This document shows, piece by piece, positions 1 to 13,734 of a DNA stretch of 64,000 bases. Each line of letters opens with the position of its first letter. The stretch's first letter is position 1. The position numbers and the translations under genes are program-made. Location: assembly GCF_009914755.1 (NCBI RefSeq), contig NC_060928.1; one strand, given 5' to 3'. This DNA is from the human T2T-CHM13v2.0 reference genome, Homo sapiens. The notes below the pieces were generated by a model, which searched no databases, had not been told where the DNA came from, and was given only the letters and a program-made list of their open reading frames with translations.

Positions 1-620
1 GATTATGTGAACAATGTGTAATTATATTAAATAATATGCAATATGTAATGTAGAATTCTTTAAATAATGCATAAGTATCAGAAGATATTTTCTTCATCTT
101 TCATAGTACATGTTAAAAGATTAGCTCTTTTATTGTCTTATTTATTAATTCACGAGATGTTTGTAATCTGGGAATTTTAGATACAGTATCAGGTTAGTTG
201 TTTAGTTAGTCATTTAATTAAAATAAGTCACATTTTCATAATGTAGTAAAACGAACTTATTAATATCTTTAAACCAACGTGGCTATAAAATACCTACCTC
301 CGTATTTTTGCTATATACATTAAAGTACTTTGTAGTATGTTTATACTTGTCACTATTATATAACAATATAAATATTTTTGTTATTATGATATAAGAAATG
401 AAAGTATTTTAGATTTTTTAATGACTACTTGATTAATAGAAGCTGCTATTTATCTTTTAGGGAGGAAAGTTTAGATAAAAGCAGTGATAAGTGGATGATT
501 GTCATTGGCACAATGTTACTTTAAAAAATAAAACCTAATTTATATACCATTATATATAATAAATAAATGACAGGACAAATTAATTTTACCTTGAAAAATG
601 AAATACTCTTTTACGAAAGG

Positions 621-1009
621 CGTTACAAGTAAAACCTTAGACAAGTTAAATTTAACAGAGTTTAGTTAAGCAAAGAACTATTTCTGAATTGGGAGGCCTC
701 TCAATTCCCAGAGAGACTTTGAGCAGCCACGTGGTGGAAGATTTATGGACAGAAAAAGGAAGGTGACATAGAGATAAGAGAAGTCAGGTACATAAACAGT
801 TGGGTTGGTTACAGCCCAGCATTTACCTTATTTAAACACGGTTTGAATAGTTGGCACCCTTTGACTGGCCAAAACTTGGTGATTGGCACAAGAGTAGGTT
901 AGAGTCTGTTTACACCTCCATGTAGGTATATGTCACTACGTACAGAGAAATCTTTAGACTGGACCTTAAATATGTAAGGAAGCAGCTTTAGGCTAAACTT
1001 GACTTAAGA
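621..1009 (-). mobile_element. MER57-family solo LTR (ERV1)
   Basis: Reverse complement reads ...AAGTTTAGCCTAAAGCTGCTTCCTTACATATTTAAG... to ...AAACTCTGTTAAATTTAACTTGTCTAAGG...TAAC, matching the remembered MER57 consensus; LTR length ~390 bp. Confidence 0.8.
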
Positions 1010-1459
1010 AGGCAATACAACAGAATTACTGAATTGTTTTATTAATTCATTCCACAAATATATACTGTCTTCCTTGTGCACAGGCTGAGGTAGAAACTGT
1101 GGATAAAATGACATGAAAATATATGTGTTTTTAGAGGTTGTAATCGAATAGAGAAAATGCAAAACTAAAACCAGCTGAAGAACAGTGATCAGATACATTT
1201 AGAGTGTTACAGGAGGGCACTTAACATTACAGGAGGATTCTCTCCAATGAATACGAAGGGAGAAGTTGAAGCATCATGGTGAAGCATAATTATTAAAACT
1301 ATGGAAAATAGGCTGGAGCTTCTCAGAGCAGTGTGAAATCTTGAAAAAATTTAAATAGGTGTCTAATAGGAGTATATTTTTATTCACAAAGATCGTTGTG
1401 TATGAAGTGTTTACAATGGATCAGACCTAGTGACAGAGAAACCATGTAGGCTGCTCTGC

Positions 1460-2240
1460 AATAATTTATTCAACATATATATAACATGGCCTTCTCTATG
1501 TTTGATAGTGTGTTAAATTTGAGGATACTGTGGAAAACAAAATAGGTATGGTACTTTTCATCATGGAGCTTACATTATATCAGCGCAACAAACTTGAAGC
1601 AAAATTGAAAACATGAATATATATATCCCTATGTTATATTACTAAATATTAACCAAATACTGTTTGATTTTCCCCTTCTCACACTTGTAACACAATGGTA
1701 TTTTTTCTCTGTCCACAGTGGAAGGTGGAAAACATGGTCAGAACTAACTATAAAGTTTCGGAACAAGAAACTCTCTTATTTGTTTTTGCCTTAGAAAACC
1801 TAGATAACACAAGGCCTAGAGAAAATAAAGAGAAACAAATAAAAAAAAAGGAAAAGGGAGAACAGGCTATTTAAGTAAATAATGTGTTTATGTATTTTAC
1901 TGAGTATTTAAGTACATATTTTAAAATAGTGGAAAACACTGTAGAGAAGAATAAACTACATGGAAAGATAATATCTGGGTAGAGACAGATCATTCATCAA
2001 TATTGGAGCAACAAGAAATGGGAGTTGAGTAAAACAAGATGAATCTTGAAGGCACATGATGAGAAAATTCTCTGATATTGGAAAACATTTAGCATGTTTA
2101 AGAAACTAATATAAAGTTGATGGGGCTAGTAGGTAGTGAGCCAACAGAAGAGACAAATGAAAACTTGAGAATTACATATGGGTTAAATTCAAAAATTAGA
2201 ATTTTGCTGTTAAGTGCAGTAATCAAGAATTGTTAAGGGT
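1460..2240 (-). mobile_element. Degraded L2 3' fragments
   Basis: ATTTATTCAACA...GAGGATACTGTGGAAAACAAAATAGG...TCATGGAGCTTACATT resembles an antisense L2 3' end; patchy similarity downstream. Confidence 0.5.
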
Positions 2241-2712
2241 TTGAAATTTTATCCTTCTTTTCAGCTAACAAGTGAGGCTGCTTCAGTTTCATGGATACAT
2301 CCAGAAGATAAAAATCTCCTGGAGCTGCGTAAAAAGACTATTACTTACAGCACAGCAGGCAGCAGTTGTTTTATGTTTACATATATTTTTTGTGTCTCCC
2401 AAGACTCACAGGAGCAATGCAGAAGCAGGCACAAGGGGATGCTGCCCATACAATGTGTTTGTGTCACAGCTAAGGGATTCCAAATCTAGGAAGCCCATAT
2501 TTTGTAAAGGAGGCTGCCAACCTGGCTTACCTTAGCCATAGACTTTTTTTTTTTAATTCTGGATAGACAATAAATCTCCTCTGTTTCCCAGAGAAAGACA
2601 CCATTTCATCTTTCATGACTGTTTATGATATATACATCATTAAAAAGGTAATCAGGAAAAAAAGGTAATAGAAGACTTACGGAAATATTATGGAGAATTG
2701 TCTCTTGATACA
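2240..2712 (-). mobile_element. LTR40/LTR41-family LTR (ERVL)
   Basis: Ends ATGGAGAATTGTCTCTTGATACA (consensus rc ...ATGGAGAATTGTCTCCCAACA); internal GGATGCTGC...TTTGTGTCACAGCT motif. Left boundary approximate. Confidence 0.65.
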
Positions 2713-2743
2713 TTTGTAAACAAAAAATAAATTTTGAAGCCCC

Positions 2744-3916
2744 TGTTACAGTAGTTAGCTACTCAGGCATGAGCAGGGCAGGAAAGGGCTCCCTCAACCC
2801 TGCCAGGAAGGTCTGGCAACTATCAGATGATGGCCAGGCAGTTATCGTACTGTCTGTCTAAAATAATTGGTTGCAACTGGCACAAGAGAAAAGCAGTCTC
2901 CCAATAGATAAAAATACCCGAAACTGGTGATCAGCAGTTTCCTAGTAAGATCTCAGGAGTTGGGCGAGTGGGATCAAGCATGTGCACTAAGAGGCAAAAT
3001 GGTGGCGTTTAATAGGTATATGACATCCCAGGGATAAATGACTGGTGTGAACCCCCAAAATTTGAGACAGGTCTTAGTTAGAAAGTTTATTTTGCCAAGG
3101 TTGAGGAGACGTGGCTGTGACACAGCCTCAGGAGGTCCTGACAACATGCACCCAAGATGGTCAGAGCACAATTTGGTTTTATACATTTTAGGGAGACATG
3201 AAACATCAATTCACATATGTAAGACGAACATTGCTTCGGTCTGGAAAGGTGGGACAACTCAAAGCGGGGAGGGGCTTTCAGGTCATTGGTAGATAAGAGA
3301 CAAATGGTTGCATTATTTTGAGTGTCTGATTAGCCTTTCCAAAAGTGGCAATCAGATATGCATTCATCTCAGTGAGCAGAGGGGTGACTTTGAATAGAAT
3401 GGGAGGCAGGTTTGCTCTAAGCAATTCCTAGTTTGACGTTCCCTTTTAGCTTAGTGATTTCGGGGCCCAAGGTATTTTCCTTTCACAGTTAAGGGAAGAA
3501 CACCTCAAGTGAGCATGCATACAACTCCAATAACTGACTGCTCTTGCTCCCCTCCCAAGTGCTAGCAGGCCACTGCACATGCAGACAGCCCACGCCAAAG
3601 GAAGAATCAGGGCAAAAGCAACGCAAGACCCCACAAATAAAACCCCAAGTCAAGAGGTTAAACTGCGGAAGTGATCTCTAAAATCATTCGCTTGGCCCTC
3701 TTCCAAGTGTACTTCCTTTCATTCCTTCTCTAAAGATTTCAAATAAACTTTCACTCCTGCTCTAAAACTTCCCTTGGTCTTTCCTTCTGCCTATGCCTCT
3801 CAGTCCAATTCTTTCTTCTGAGGAAGCAAAAACTGAGCTTGCTGCAGACCGGTACAGATTCACCATGGCTAACACAATTTGGTGCCACGTAACTCAGATA
3901 CATTTCACTGGTAACA
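2744..3916 (+). mobile_element. MER50 LTR (ERV1), split by MER4A1
   Basis: TGTTACAGTAGTTAGCTACTCAGGCATGAGCAGGGCAGG start; resumes TAAGGGAAGAACACCTCAAGTGAGCATGC at ~3490; ends GGTAACA; CCCC/TCCC flanks. Confidence 0.85.
3046..3487 (-). mobile_element. MER4A/MER4A1 solo LTR (ERV1)
   Basis: TGTGAACCCCCAAAATTTGAGACAGGTC...TTTTCCTTTCACA with TG...CA termini; matches antisense MER4A1. Confidence 0.85.
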
Positions 3917-4410
3917 TCCCCAAATGATTGAATGGACATCCCTCTTGGCCACAGACATTCCAAAGTACTCCTGAAAAACTAGTTCAGGCCATGATGGGTA
4001 GGAGCAGTCGAACATGTGTCATTGTACCTTCCTCACTTTGGAATTCAGGCAAAGCTGACCACCTTTAACATTAAAAGAGAGATCTTAAGACTGACTTAAA
4101 CAGACTCACTATAGTAATGACATCAAGCGACAGATAGCAAGCCTTGAAAGAAATCAAAGTATTTTATGCCCAAATATATTTCTTTGATATACTTTAAACT
4201 GGCTCTATAAAGCTATCTCTTGTGGGGAAATCTGCATTCTGTATAGAATCCTTTCCTTTCCAGGTCTTTCCCTGATTGAGGAGAGATTAACTAAGAGTCT
4301 GGCACCTTTATAAGTTTCATAGGAAACATTTAGCATTTATTCTCTCTGAAGCCTGCTACCTGGAGGCTTCATCTGCATAAAAAAAAGTTGGTTTCCACAA
4401 TGTCTTCTCT

Positions 4411-4737
<327 letters not shown>

Positions 4738-7416
4738 TGATTCCAGCTCTTTAGCTAATAACTTAACTCATTCAACCCATTGCCAATCAGAAAATCTTTG
4801 AATCCACCTATGATCTGGAAGCCCCCACTTTGAGTTGTCCTGCCTTTCCAGAGCAAAACAATGTATACCTTTTATGTGTTGATTAATGTCTGCCTGTAAC
4901 TTCTGTCCCCCTAAATATGTATAAAATCAATCTGTAAACTAACAACCTTGGGCACATGTTCTCAGAAACTCCTAGGCTATGTCATAGGCATGTCCTTAAC
5001 CTTGCCTAAATAAACTTCTAAACTGACTGAGACTCTCTCAGATACTTTTTGGTTTACATATCATCAGCCTTTTTAATTAGTGTAGTTGTGAGACAAAATA
5101 TATTTCTTTAAGCACTCTGTGTTCTGCGTGAAAGGGTCATATTGTTGGGGTCAAAATTGTGAAGGAGATATCAGTTGGAGGCTGTATGGTTTTCTAGGCA
5201 CAGTGATTATAACTACTGCAATATAACCTAGAGAAAGGATGATAGAAGTTTACCAAAGAAAGTGACAGTGAAGATTTTGCATTAGTAAGACACTCACAGA
5301 TTTCTGATCTGAAGAAACTGAGAAGGTAGTAAAACAGACTAAGAAAAAGATCAAGGAACAAAGGCAGATTTGCAAGTGCGAGGAGTGAGGAGTGAAGACT
5401 CCAATTCAACTTTAAAAATAAAAGAATGAAAGTTTTACATGATAGACTTTTTTAAATGTCACTGAGCTTATGAAAAAAACAGACATAATCGTTCTTTTTT
5501 CAACTAGACCAATTTGCACTTAAAAATTATCCTTTTTGAGAATTATAATCTGATTAAAGCTCCCAAATATTCAAATGCTCTTTTCAAACTTTCTTTTTAT
5601 GTCTATGACACTTATACTAGGGAATTTAAGAAACTGTATAGCTGATTTGAAATTAAAAATAGGGATATGTAACTATGTAAGACTAACTCAAATGAATGGT
5701 AATTATTATTTGCTGAAGAATGTTTGTAGAGATAACATGGGTTATAATTTTCAAAAGTCTGGGTTCTTATCCTATTAAGATAGTGTATTAGTAAAACTTA
5801 AAGTAGATATGAATTTTTTAAAATGTTTTACTTGAAGATAATCCATTAGATATTCCTCAATGTTTACCTAGATAAGGGCAATTTTAGCCATAATTCTAGT
5901 TACCCAATTAAATATTTAAGACCAAGTAAAGTCCCAGTATCCCTAAAAGTGTAGAATTAAACTATGTCAAAAGCTTTGATAGAATTTTTAGCATAGACTA
6001 GTGAGCTTGTCACGTTCTATTCATAATGTAGCAAGATTAAATTGTATATTATCATCTAATGGGAAAAAAGGATGAATAAAGAAAAAGTTTAAAATAGAAT
6101 AGTCTCTCATTACTCATGCGTTTCCTTGACTCTTGTTCCTCTAGGACATCTGAAGATATTTAGTTTCATTGTTCTCTGAGTAGCTCATGAATATTTCAGC
6201 TCCAAATGGTTGAACGTTCTTTTTACTAGTCCATTTAAATTGCAGCACAAATATGTTTTTTTACATGTGTTGCTGGAAAACTTGGCGATTTAGGGAACCT
6301 TAGGCTTTTTTAAAAAAAAAAAATAACAGCTACATAGGGACTATAATAGTTATCATTTTATTTAAGATTGTAAAAGAGTGGGTAAATCACATGTTTTCTT
6401 TAATAGTGAAATTGGTATTTTATTTTAATAATCATATGGAATAATAGTTCTCAAACATTGAAAGCATTAGTGCACATAAAAAGAAGTTTGAATGAAACCA
6501 TTCTTTCTTCAGTGAGAGATTTCTTTTGTCTCTTCACACAAGTCTTTTGAAAAGGTTGAAAGATTATATGGATTGATCCCTCATAATTGCACTCACTTAA
6601 ATTTTTATGTGTAATACATCACACATACAGATGGCCTCAAAGCCCTGGCTCTATGAACATAATAAAATTTGAGCTGATAGAAAATAATAATTATATATAT
6701 ATATAAAACAAATTTTATACATAGAAACTTTGATTTTCATATCTATATATTTAAGATAATTCTGGATGAATAAGAGGAAGGAGATGTTATAGTCTCATGT
6801 TACTATTTCCAGAACATTGTGGAATTAAAGTAAATTTTCTAAGAATTCCTAAAAATGCATCATCTGGATATACATTTCAAGTCCAGGTACAAAGACATAG
6901 CCAACTGCATCTTATTTTGAAACATGACTTATTTTTAAATATGAGTAAGGGAAAACTAAACAGAAAAATTACATCCAAATTTGAGTTATTAGATAAAGGA
7001 AACAAGTAAAACATTACAAAATTTGAAATAAATTAAAGTATGTGGAAATGAGAAAAAAATATATTTTTGTACTGCTATAGGGGTTTCCCCTGAACACAAT
7101 ATTTTTCTATAAGTCTTGTATATTATTGTTCACATTATCAACACGACAAGTCTACCATTACTTAGGGATCAGAGAGATGATATTATCTTTTTCTTTTTCT
7201 TTTTTTATTATTACACTTTAAGTTATAGGGTACATCATGTGCACAATGTGTAGGTTTGTTACATAGATATACATGTGCCACGTTGGTTTGCTGCACCCAT
7301 CAACTCGTCATTTATATTAGGTATTTCTCCTAATGCTATCCCTCCCCCAGCCCCCCTCCCCCTGCCAGGCCCTGGTGTGTGATGTTCCCCACCCTGTGTC
7401 CATGTGTTCTCGTTGT

Positions 7417-10400
7417 TCAACTCCCACTTATGAGTGAGAACATGCTGTCTTTGGTTTTCTGTCCTTGTGATAGTTTGCTGAGAATGATAGTTTCCAGCTT
7501 CATCCATGTCCCTGCAAAGGGCATGAACTCATCCTTTTTTATGGCTGCATAGTGTTCCATGTGTATATGTGCCACATTTTCTTAACCCAGTCTATCATTG
7601 ATGGACATTTGGGTTGGTTCCAAGTCTTTCCTATTGTGAATAGTGTCGCAATAATAGTGTCACACACATACTTGTGCATGTTCTTTATAGTAGCATGATT
7701 TATAATCCTTTGGGTATATACCCAGTAATGGGATTGCTGGGTCAAATGGTATTTCTAGTTCTAGATCCTTGAGGAATCACCACACTGTTTTCCACAATGG
7801 TTGAACTAATTTACACTCCCACCAACAGTGTAAAGCGTTCTTATTTCTCCACATTCTCTCCAGCACCTGTTGTTTCCTGACTTTTTAATGATTGCCATTC
7901 TAACTGGCGTGAGATGGTATTTCATTGTGGTTTTGATTTTGCATTTTTCTGAGGACCAGTGATGATGACCATATTTTCATATGTCTGTTGGCAGCATAAG
8001 TGTCTTCTTTTGAGAAGTGTCTGTTCATATCCTTTGCCCACTTTTCGATGAGATTTTTTTTTCTTGTAAATTTGTTTAAGTCCTTTGTAGATTCTAGATA
8101 TTAGCCCTTTGTCAGATGGGTAGATTGCAAAAATTTTCTCTCATTCTGTAGGTTGCCTGTTCACTCTGATGATAGTTTCTTTTCCTGTGCAGAAGCTCTT
8201 TAGTTTAATTAGATCCCATTTGTCTATTTTGGTGTTTGTCGCCATTGCTTTTGGTGTTTTAGTCATGAAGTTTTTGCCCATGCCTGTGTCCTGAATGGTA
8301 TTGCCTAGGTTTTCTGCTGGGGTTTTTATGATGTTAGGTCTTGAATTTAAGTCTTTGATCCGTCTTGAGTTAGTTTTTGCATATGGTGTAAGGAAGTGAT
8401 CCAGTTTCAGCTTTCTACTTATGGCTAGCCAGTTTTCCCAGCACCATTTATTAAATAGGGAATCCTTTCCCCATTGCTTGTTTTTCTCAGGTTTATCAAA
8501 GATCAGATGGTTGTAGATGTGTGGTGTTATTTCTGAGGCCTCTATTCTGTTCCATTGGTCTATATATCTGTTTTGGTACCAGTACCATGCTGTTTTGGTT
8601 ACTGTATCCTTGTAGTATAGTTTGAAGTCAGGTAACATGATGCCTCCAGCTTTGTTCTTTTTGCTTAGGGTTGTCTTGGCTATGCAGGCTCTGTTTTTGG
8701 TTCCATATGAACTTTAAAGTAGTTTTTTTTCCAATTCTGTGAAGAAAGTCAGTGGTAGCTAGATGGGGATTGCATTGAATCTATAAATTACCTTGGGCAG
8801 TATGGCCACTTTTATGAAATTGATTCTTCCTATCCAAGAGCATGGATTCGTCTTCCATTTGTTTGTGTCCTCTTTTATTTTGATGAGCAGTGGTTTGTAG
8901 TTCTCCTTGTAGAAGTCCTTCACATCTCATGTAAGTTGGATTCCTAGGTATTTTATCCTCTTTGTAGTAATCACGAATGGAAGTTCACTCATTATTTTGC
9001 TCTCTGTTTGTCTACTGTTGGTGCATAGGAATGCTTGTGACTTTTGCACATTGATTTTGTATCCTGAGACTTTGCTGAAGTTGCTTATCAGCTTAAGGAG
9101 ATTTTGGGCTGAGTCGATGGGGTTTTCTAAATATACAATCATGTCATCTGGAAACAGAGACTATTTGACTTCCTCTTTTCCTAATTGAATACCCTTTTTT
9201 CTTTCTCTTGCCTGATTGCCCTGTCCAGAACTTCTAACACCATGCTGGAGAGAAGTGGTGAGAGAGGGCATCCTTGTCCTGTGCTGCTTTTCAAAGAGAA
9301 TTCCTCCAGTTTTTGCCCATTCAGTATGATATTGGCTGTGGGTTTGTCATAAATAGCTCTTATTATTTTGAGATACGTTCTATCAATACCTAGTTTATTG
9401 AGAGTTTTTAGCATGAAGGGCTGTTGCATTGTGCCGAAGGCCTTTTCTGCATCTATTGAGATACTCATGTGGTTTTTGTCATTGGTTCTGTTTATGTGAT
9501 GCATTACGTTTATTGATTTGCATATGGTGAACTAGCCTTGCATCCTAGGGATGGAGCCAACGTGATCATGGTGGATAAGCTTTTGGATGTGCTGCTGGAT
9601 TTTGGTTTGCTGGTATTTTATTGAGGATTTTGCATCAGTGTTTATCAGGGATATTGGCCTAAAATTATCTCTCTCTCTTTTTTTTTTTTTCTTTGTCGTG
9701 TGTCTACCAGGCTTTGATATCAGGATGATGGTAGCCTCATAAAATGAGTTAGGGAGGACACTCTCTTTTTCTATTGATTGAAATAGTTTCAGAAGGAATA
9801 GTACAAGCTCCTCTTTGTACCTCTGGTAGAATTCGGCTATGAATCTGTCTGGTCCTGGATTTTTTTGGTTGGTAGGCTATTAATTATTGCCTCAATTTCA
9901 TAATCTGTTATAGGTCTATTCAGAGATTCAACTTCTTCCTGGTTTAGTCTTGGTAGGGTGTATGTGTCCAGGAATTTATCCATTTCTTCTAGATTTTCTA
10001 GTTTATTCGCATGGAGGTGTTTATAGTATTCTCTGATGGTAGTTTGTATTTCTGTGGGATCGTTGGTGATAGCCCCTTTATCATTTTTTATTGTGTCTAT
10101 TTGATTCTTCTCCTTTTCTTCCTTATTAGTTTTGCTAGAGGTCTATCTATTTTGTTGATCTTTTCAAAAAAAATAAACAGCTCCTGGATTCATTGATTTT
10201 TTGAAGGGTTTTTTGTGTCTCTATCTCCTTCAGTTCTGCTCTGATCTTAGTTATTTCTTTCCTTCTGCTAGCTTTTGAATGTGTTTGCTCTTGCTTCTCT
10301 AGTTCTTTTAATTGTGATGTTGGGGTGTCGATTTTAGATCTTTCCTGCTTTCTCTTGTGGGCATTTAGTGCTACAAATTTCCCTCGACACACTGCTTTAA

Positions 10401-11255
10401 ATGTGTCCCATACATTCTGGTATGCTCTGTCTTTGTTCTCATTGGTTTCAAAGAACATCTTTATTTCTGCCTTAATATTGTTATTTTCCCAGTAGTCATT
10501 CATAAGCAGGTTGTTCAATTTCCATGTAGTTGTGTGGTTTTGAGTGAGTTTCTTAATCCTGAGTTCTAATTTGATTGCCCTGTGGTCTGAGAGACAGTTT
10601 GTTGTGATTTCTGTTCTTTTACATTTGCCGAGGAGTGTTTACAACCAATTATGTGGTCAATTTTAGAATAAGTGTGATGTGGTACTGAGAAGAACGTATA
10701 TTCTGTTGATTTCAGGTGGAGAATTCTGTACATGTCTATTATGTCTGCTTGGTCCAGGGCTGAGTTCAAGTCCTAGTTATCCTTGTTAACCTTCTGTCTC
10801 GTTGATTTGTCTAATATTGACAGTGGGGTGTTAAATCTCCCATTACTATCATGTGGGAGTCAAAGTCTCTACGTAGGTCTCTAAGGACTTGTTTTATGAA
10901 TCTGGATGCTCCTGTATTGGTTGCATATATATTTAGGGCAGTTAGCTCTTCTGGGTGAATTGATCCCTTTACCATCATGTATTGGCCTTCGTTGTCTCTT
11001 TTGATCATTGTTGGTTTAAAGTCTGTTTTATCAGATATTAGGATTGCAACTTCTGCTTTTTTTTTTTTTTTTTTTTGCTTTCCATTTGCTTGGTGGATCT
11101 TCCTCAATCCCTTTATTTTGACCCTATGTGCGCCTTTGCACATGAGATGGGTCTTGTCTCTTTATCCAATTTGCCAGCCTGTGTCTTTTAATAGAGGTAT
11201 TTAGCCCATTTGCATTTAAGGTTAATATTGTTATGTGTGAATTTGATCCTGTCAT
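7417..11255 (-). pseudogene. L1 ORF2 (endonuclease/reverse transcriptase) remnant with frameshifts and stops
   Basis: ORF-track fragments such as PDFKLYYK...[30 protein letters not shown] and MIVYLENP; the catalytic FADD reads FPDD. Confidence 0.95.
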
Positions 11256-11318
11256 TATGATGTTAGCTGGTTATTTTGCCTGTTAGTTGATGCAGTTTCT
11301 TCATAGTGTTGATGGTCT

Positions 11319-12345
11319 TTACAATTTGGTATGTTTTTGCAGTGGCTGGTACTGGTTTTTCCTTTCCATATTTAGTGCTTCCTTCAGGAGCTCTTGTAAG
11401 GCAGGCCTCGTGGTGACAAAATCTCTCAGCATTTGCTTGTCCGTAAAGGATTTTATTTCTCCTTCACTTATGAAGCTTAGTTTGGCTGAATATGAGATTC
11501 TGGGTTGAAAATTCTTTTCTTTAACAATGTTGAATATTGGCCCCCACTCTCTTCTTCTGGCTTGTAGGGTTCCTGCCAAGAGATCCACTGTAAGTCTGAT
11601 GGGCTTCCCTTTGTGGGTAACCCAACCTTTCTCTTTGGCTGCCCTTAACATTTTTTCCTTCATTTCAACCTTGGTGAATCTGACAATTATGTGTCTTGGG
11701 GTTGCTCTTCTCGAGGAGTACCTTTGTGGTGTTCTCTGTATTTCCTGAATTTGAATGTTGGCCTGCCTTGCCAGATCAGGGAAGTTCTCCTGGATAATAT
11801 CCTGCAAAGTGTTTTCTAACTTGGTTCCATTCTCCTTGTCACTTTCCGGTACACCAATCAAACGTAAATTTGATCTTTCCACATAGTCCCATATATCTTG
11901 GAGGCTTTATTGATTTTTTTTGACTTTTTTTCTCCAATCTTGTCTTCTTGCTTTATTTCATTAATTTGATCTTCAATGACTGATATCCTCTCTTCCACTT
12001 GATCGATTGGCTATTGGAGCTTGTGAATGCATCACAAAGTTCTCGTGCCATGGTTTTCAGCTCCATCAGCTCATTTAAGGTCTTCCCTACAATGTTGATT
12101 ATTGTTACCCATTCATCTAACCTTTTTTCAAGGTTTTTGGCTTCCTTGTGATAGGTTAGAACATGCTCCTTTAGCTCAGAGAAGTTTGTTATGACCAACC
12201 TTCTGAAGCCTACTTCTGTCAACTCGTCAAACTCATTATCCATTCAGTTTTGTTCTCTTGCTAGCAAGGAGCTGAGATCCTTTGGAGGAGAAGAGGTGCT
12301 CTGTTTTTTGGAATTTTCAGCTTTTCTGCTCTGGGTTCTCCCTAT
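11319..12345 (-). pseudogene. L1 ORF1 remnant
   Basis: RSNLRLIGVPE...TPRHIIVRF...FVTTRPALQELLKEAL (11319-11882) plus coiled-coil fragment 11953-12243; start codon reads ATA. Confidence 0.95.
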
Positions 12346-13381
12346 CTTTGTGGTTCTATCTACCTTTGGTCTTTGATGTTGGTGACCTACTGTTGGGATT
12401 TTGGTGTGGATGTCCTTTTTGTTGATGTTGATGGTATTCCTTTCTGTTTGTTAGTTTTCCTTCTAGCAGTCAGACCCCTCAGCAGCTGGTCTGTTGGGGT
12501 TTGCTAGAGGTCCACTCCAGACCCTGTTTGCCTGGATATCACCAGCAGGGGCTGCAGATCAGCAAATATTGCTGCCTGATCCTTCCTCTGGAAGCTTCAT
12601 CCCAGAGGGGCACCCGCCTGTTTCAGGTGTCTGTCAGCCACTACTGGGCAGTGTTTCCCAGTCAGGCTACACAGGAGTCAGGGACCTGCTTGAGGAGGCA
12701 GTCTGTCCATTCTCAGAGCTTGAACACCATGCTGAGAGAACCACTGTTCTCTTCAGTGCTGTCAGACAGGGACATTTAAGTCTGCAGAAGCTGTCTGCTG
12801 CCTTTTGTTCTATTATGCCCTGCCATCAGAGGTGGAATCTATAGAGACATTAGGCCTTGCTGAGCTGTGGTGGGATCCACCCAGTTCGTGCTTCCAGGCC
12901 TCTTTGTTTACACCCTGAGCTACTGAAGCCTCAGCAATGGCTGACGCCTCTCCCCCTGCCAGGCTGCAGCCTTGCAGTTCAATCTCAGACTGCTGCACTA
13001 GAAATGAGCAAGCCTCCATGGGTGTGTGACCCACCAAGCTAGGCATGGGAAGGTACCTCCTGGTCTGCCGGTTGCTAAGACTATGGGAAAAGCACTGTAT
13101 TCAATCTGGAGTGTACCGTATCTCCAGATACAGTCTGTCATGGCTTCCCTTAGCTAGGAAAGAAAAATCTCCTGATGTCTTGCGCTTCCCAGATGAGGTG
13201 ATGCCCTGCCCTGCTTCAGCTTGCCCTCCATGGGCTGCACCCACTGTCCAACTAGTCCCAGTGAGATGAACCAGGTACCTCAGTTGGAAATGCAGAAATC
13301 AACCGTCTTGTGTGTCAATCTCGTTGGGAGCTGTAGACCGGAGCTGTTCCTATTCAGCCATCTTGGAAGTGACCCCTACCA
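12346..13381 (-). promoter_or_regulatory. L1 5'UTR internal sense promoter and antisense promoter region (CpG-decayed)
   Basis: Lies upstream of ORF1; YY1 motif near 13357-13366. Activity cannot be shown from sequence. Confidence 0.6.
12937..13269 (+). pseudogene. L1 ORF0-homologous antisense frame with one internal TGA
   Basis: GCAATGG start; MADASPPARLQPCSSISDCCTRNEQASMGV* then in-frame PTKLGMGRYLLVCRLLRLWEKH..., aligning with L1HS ORF0 (MAGAPPPASLPPCSLISDCC...). Confidence 0.8.
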
Positions 13382-13414
13382 ATATTATCGTTTTCTATTT
13401 AAAGAAAACCATGT

Positions 13415-13734
<320 letters not shown>

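Larger units (their letters stand above)
7195..13381 (-). mobile_element. Full-length LINE-1 (L1PA6-like), inactive
   Basis: 5'UTR start with YY1 site (rc of GCCATCTTGG), ORF1, ORF2, 3'UTR and poly-A are all present; 15-bp TSD ATATTATC(T/G)TTTTCT at 7180-7194 and 13382-13396. Confidence 0.95.

Noticed and set aside
1695-1725. Strong acceptor TTTTTTCTCTGTCCACAG (also 6120-6144)
   Set aside because: No convincing paired donor or reading frame; such sites are common by chance.
12346-13381. CpG island at the L1 5'UTR
   Set aside because: Most CpGs have decayed to TpG/CpA.
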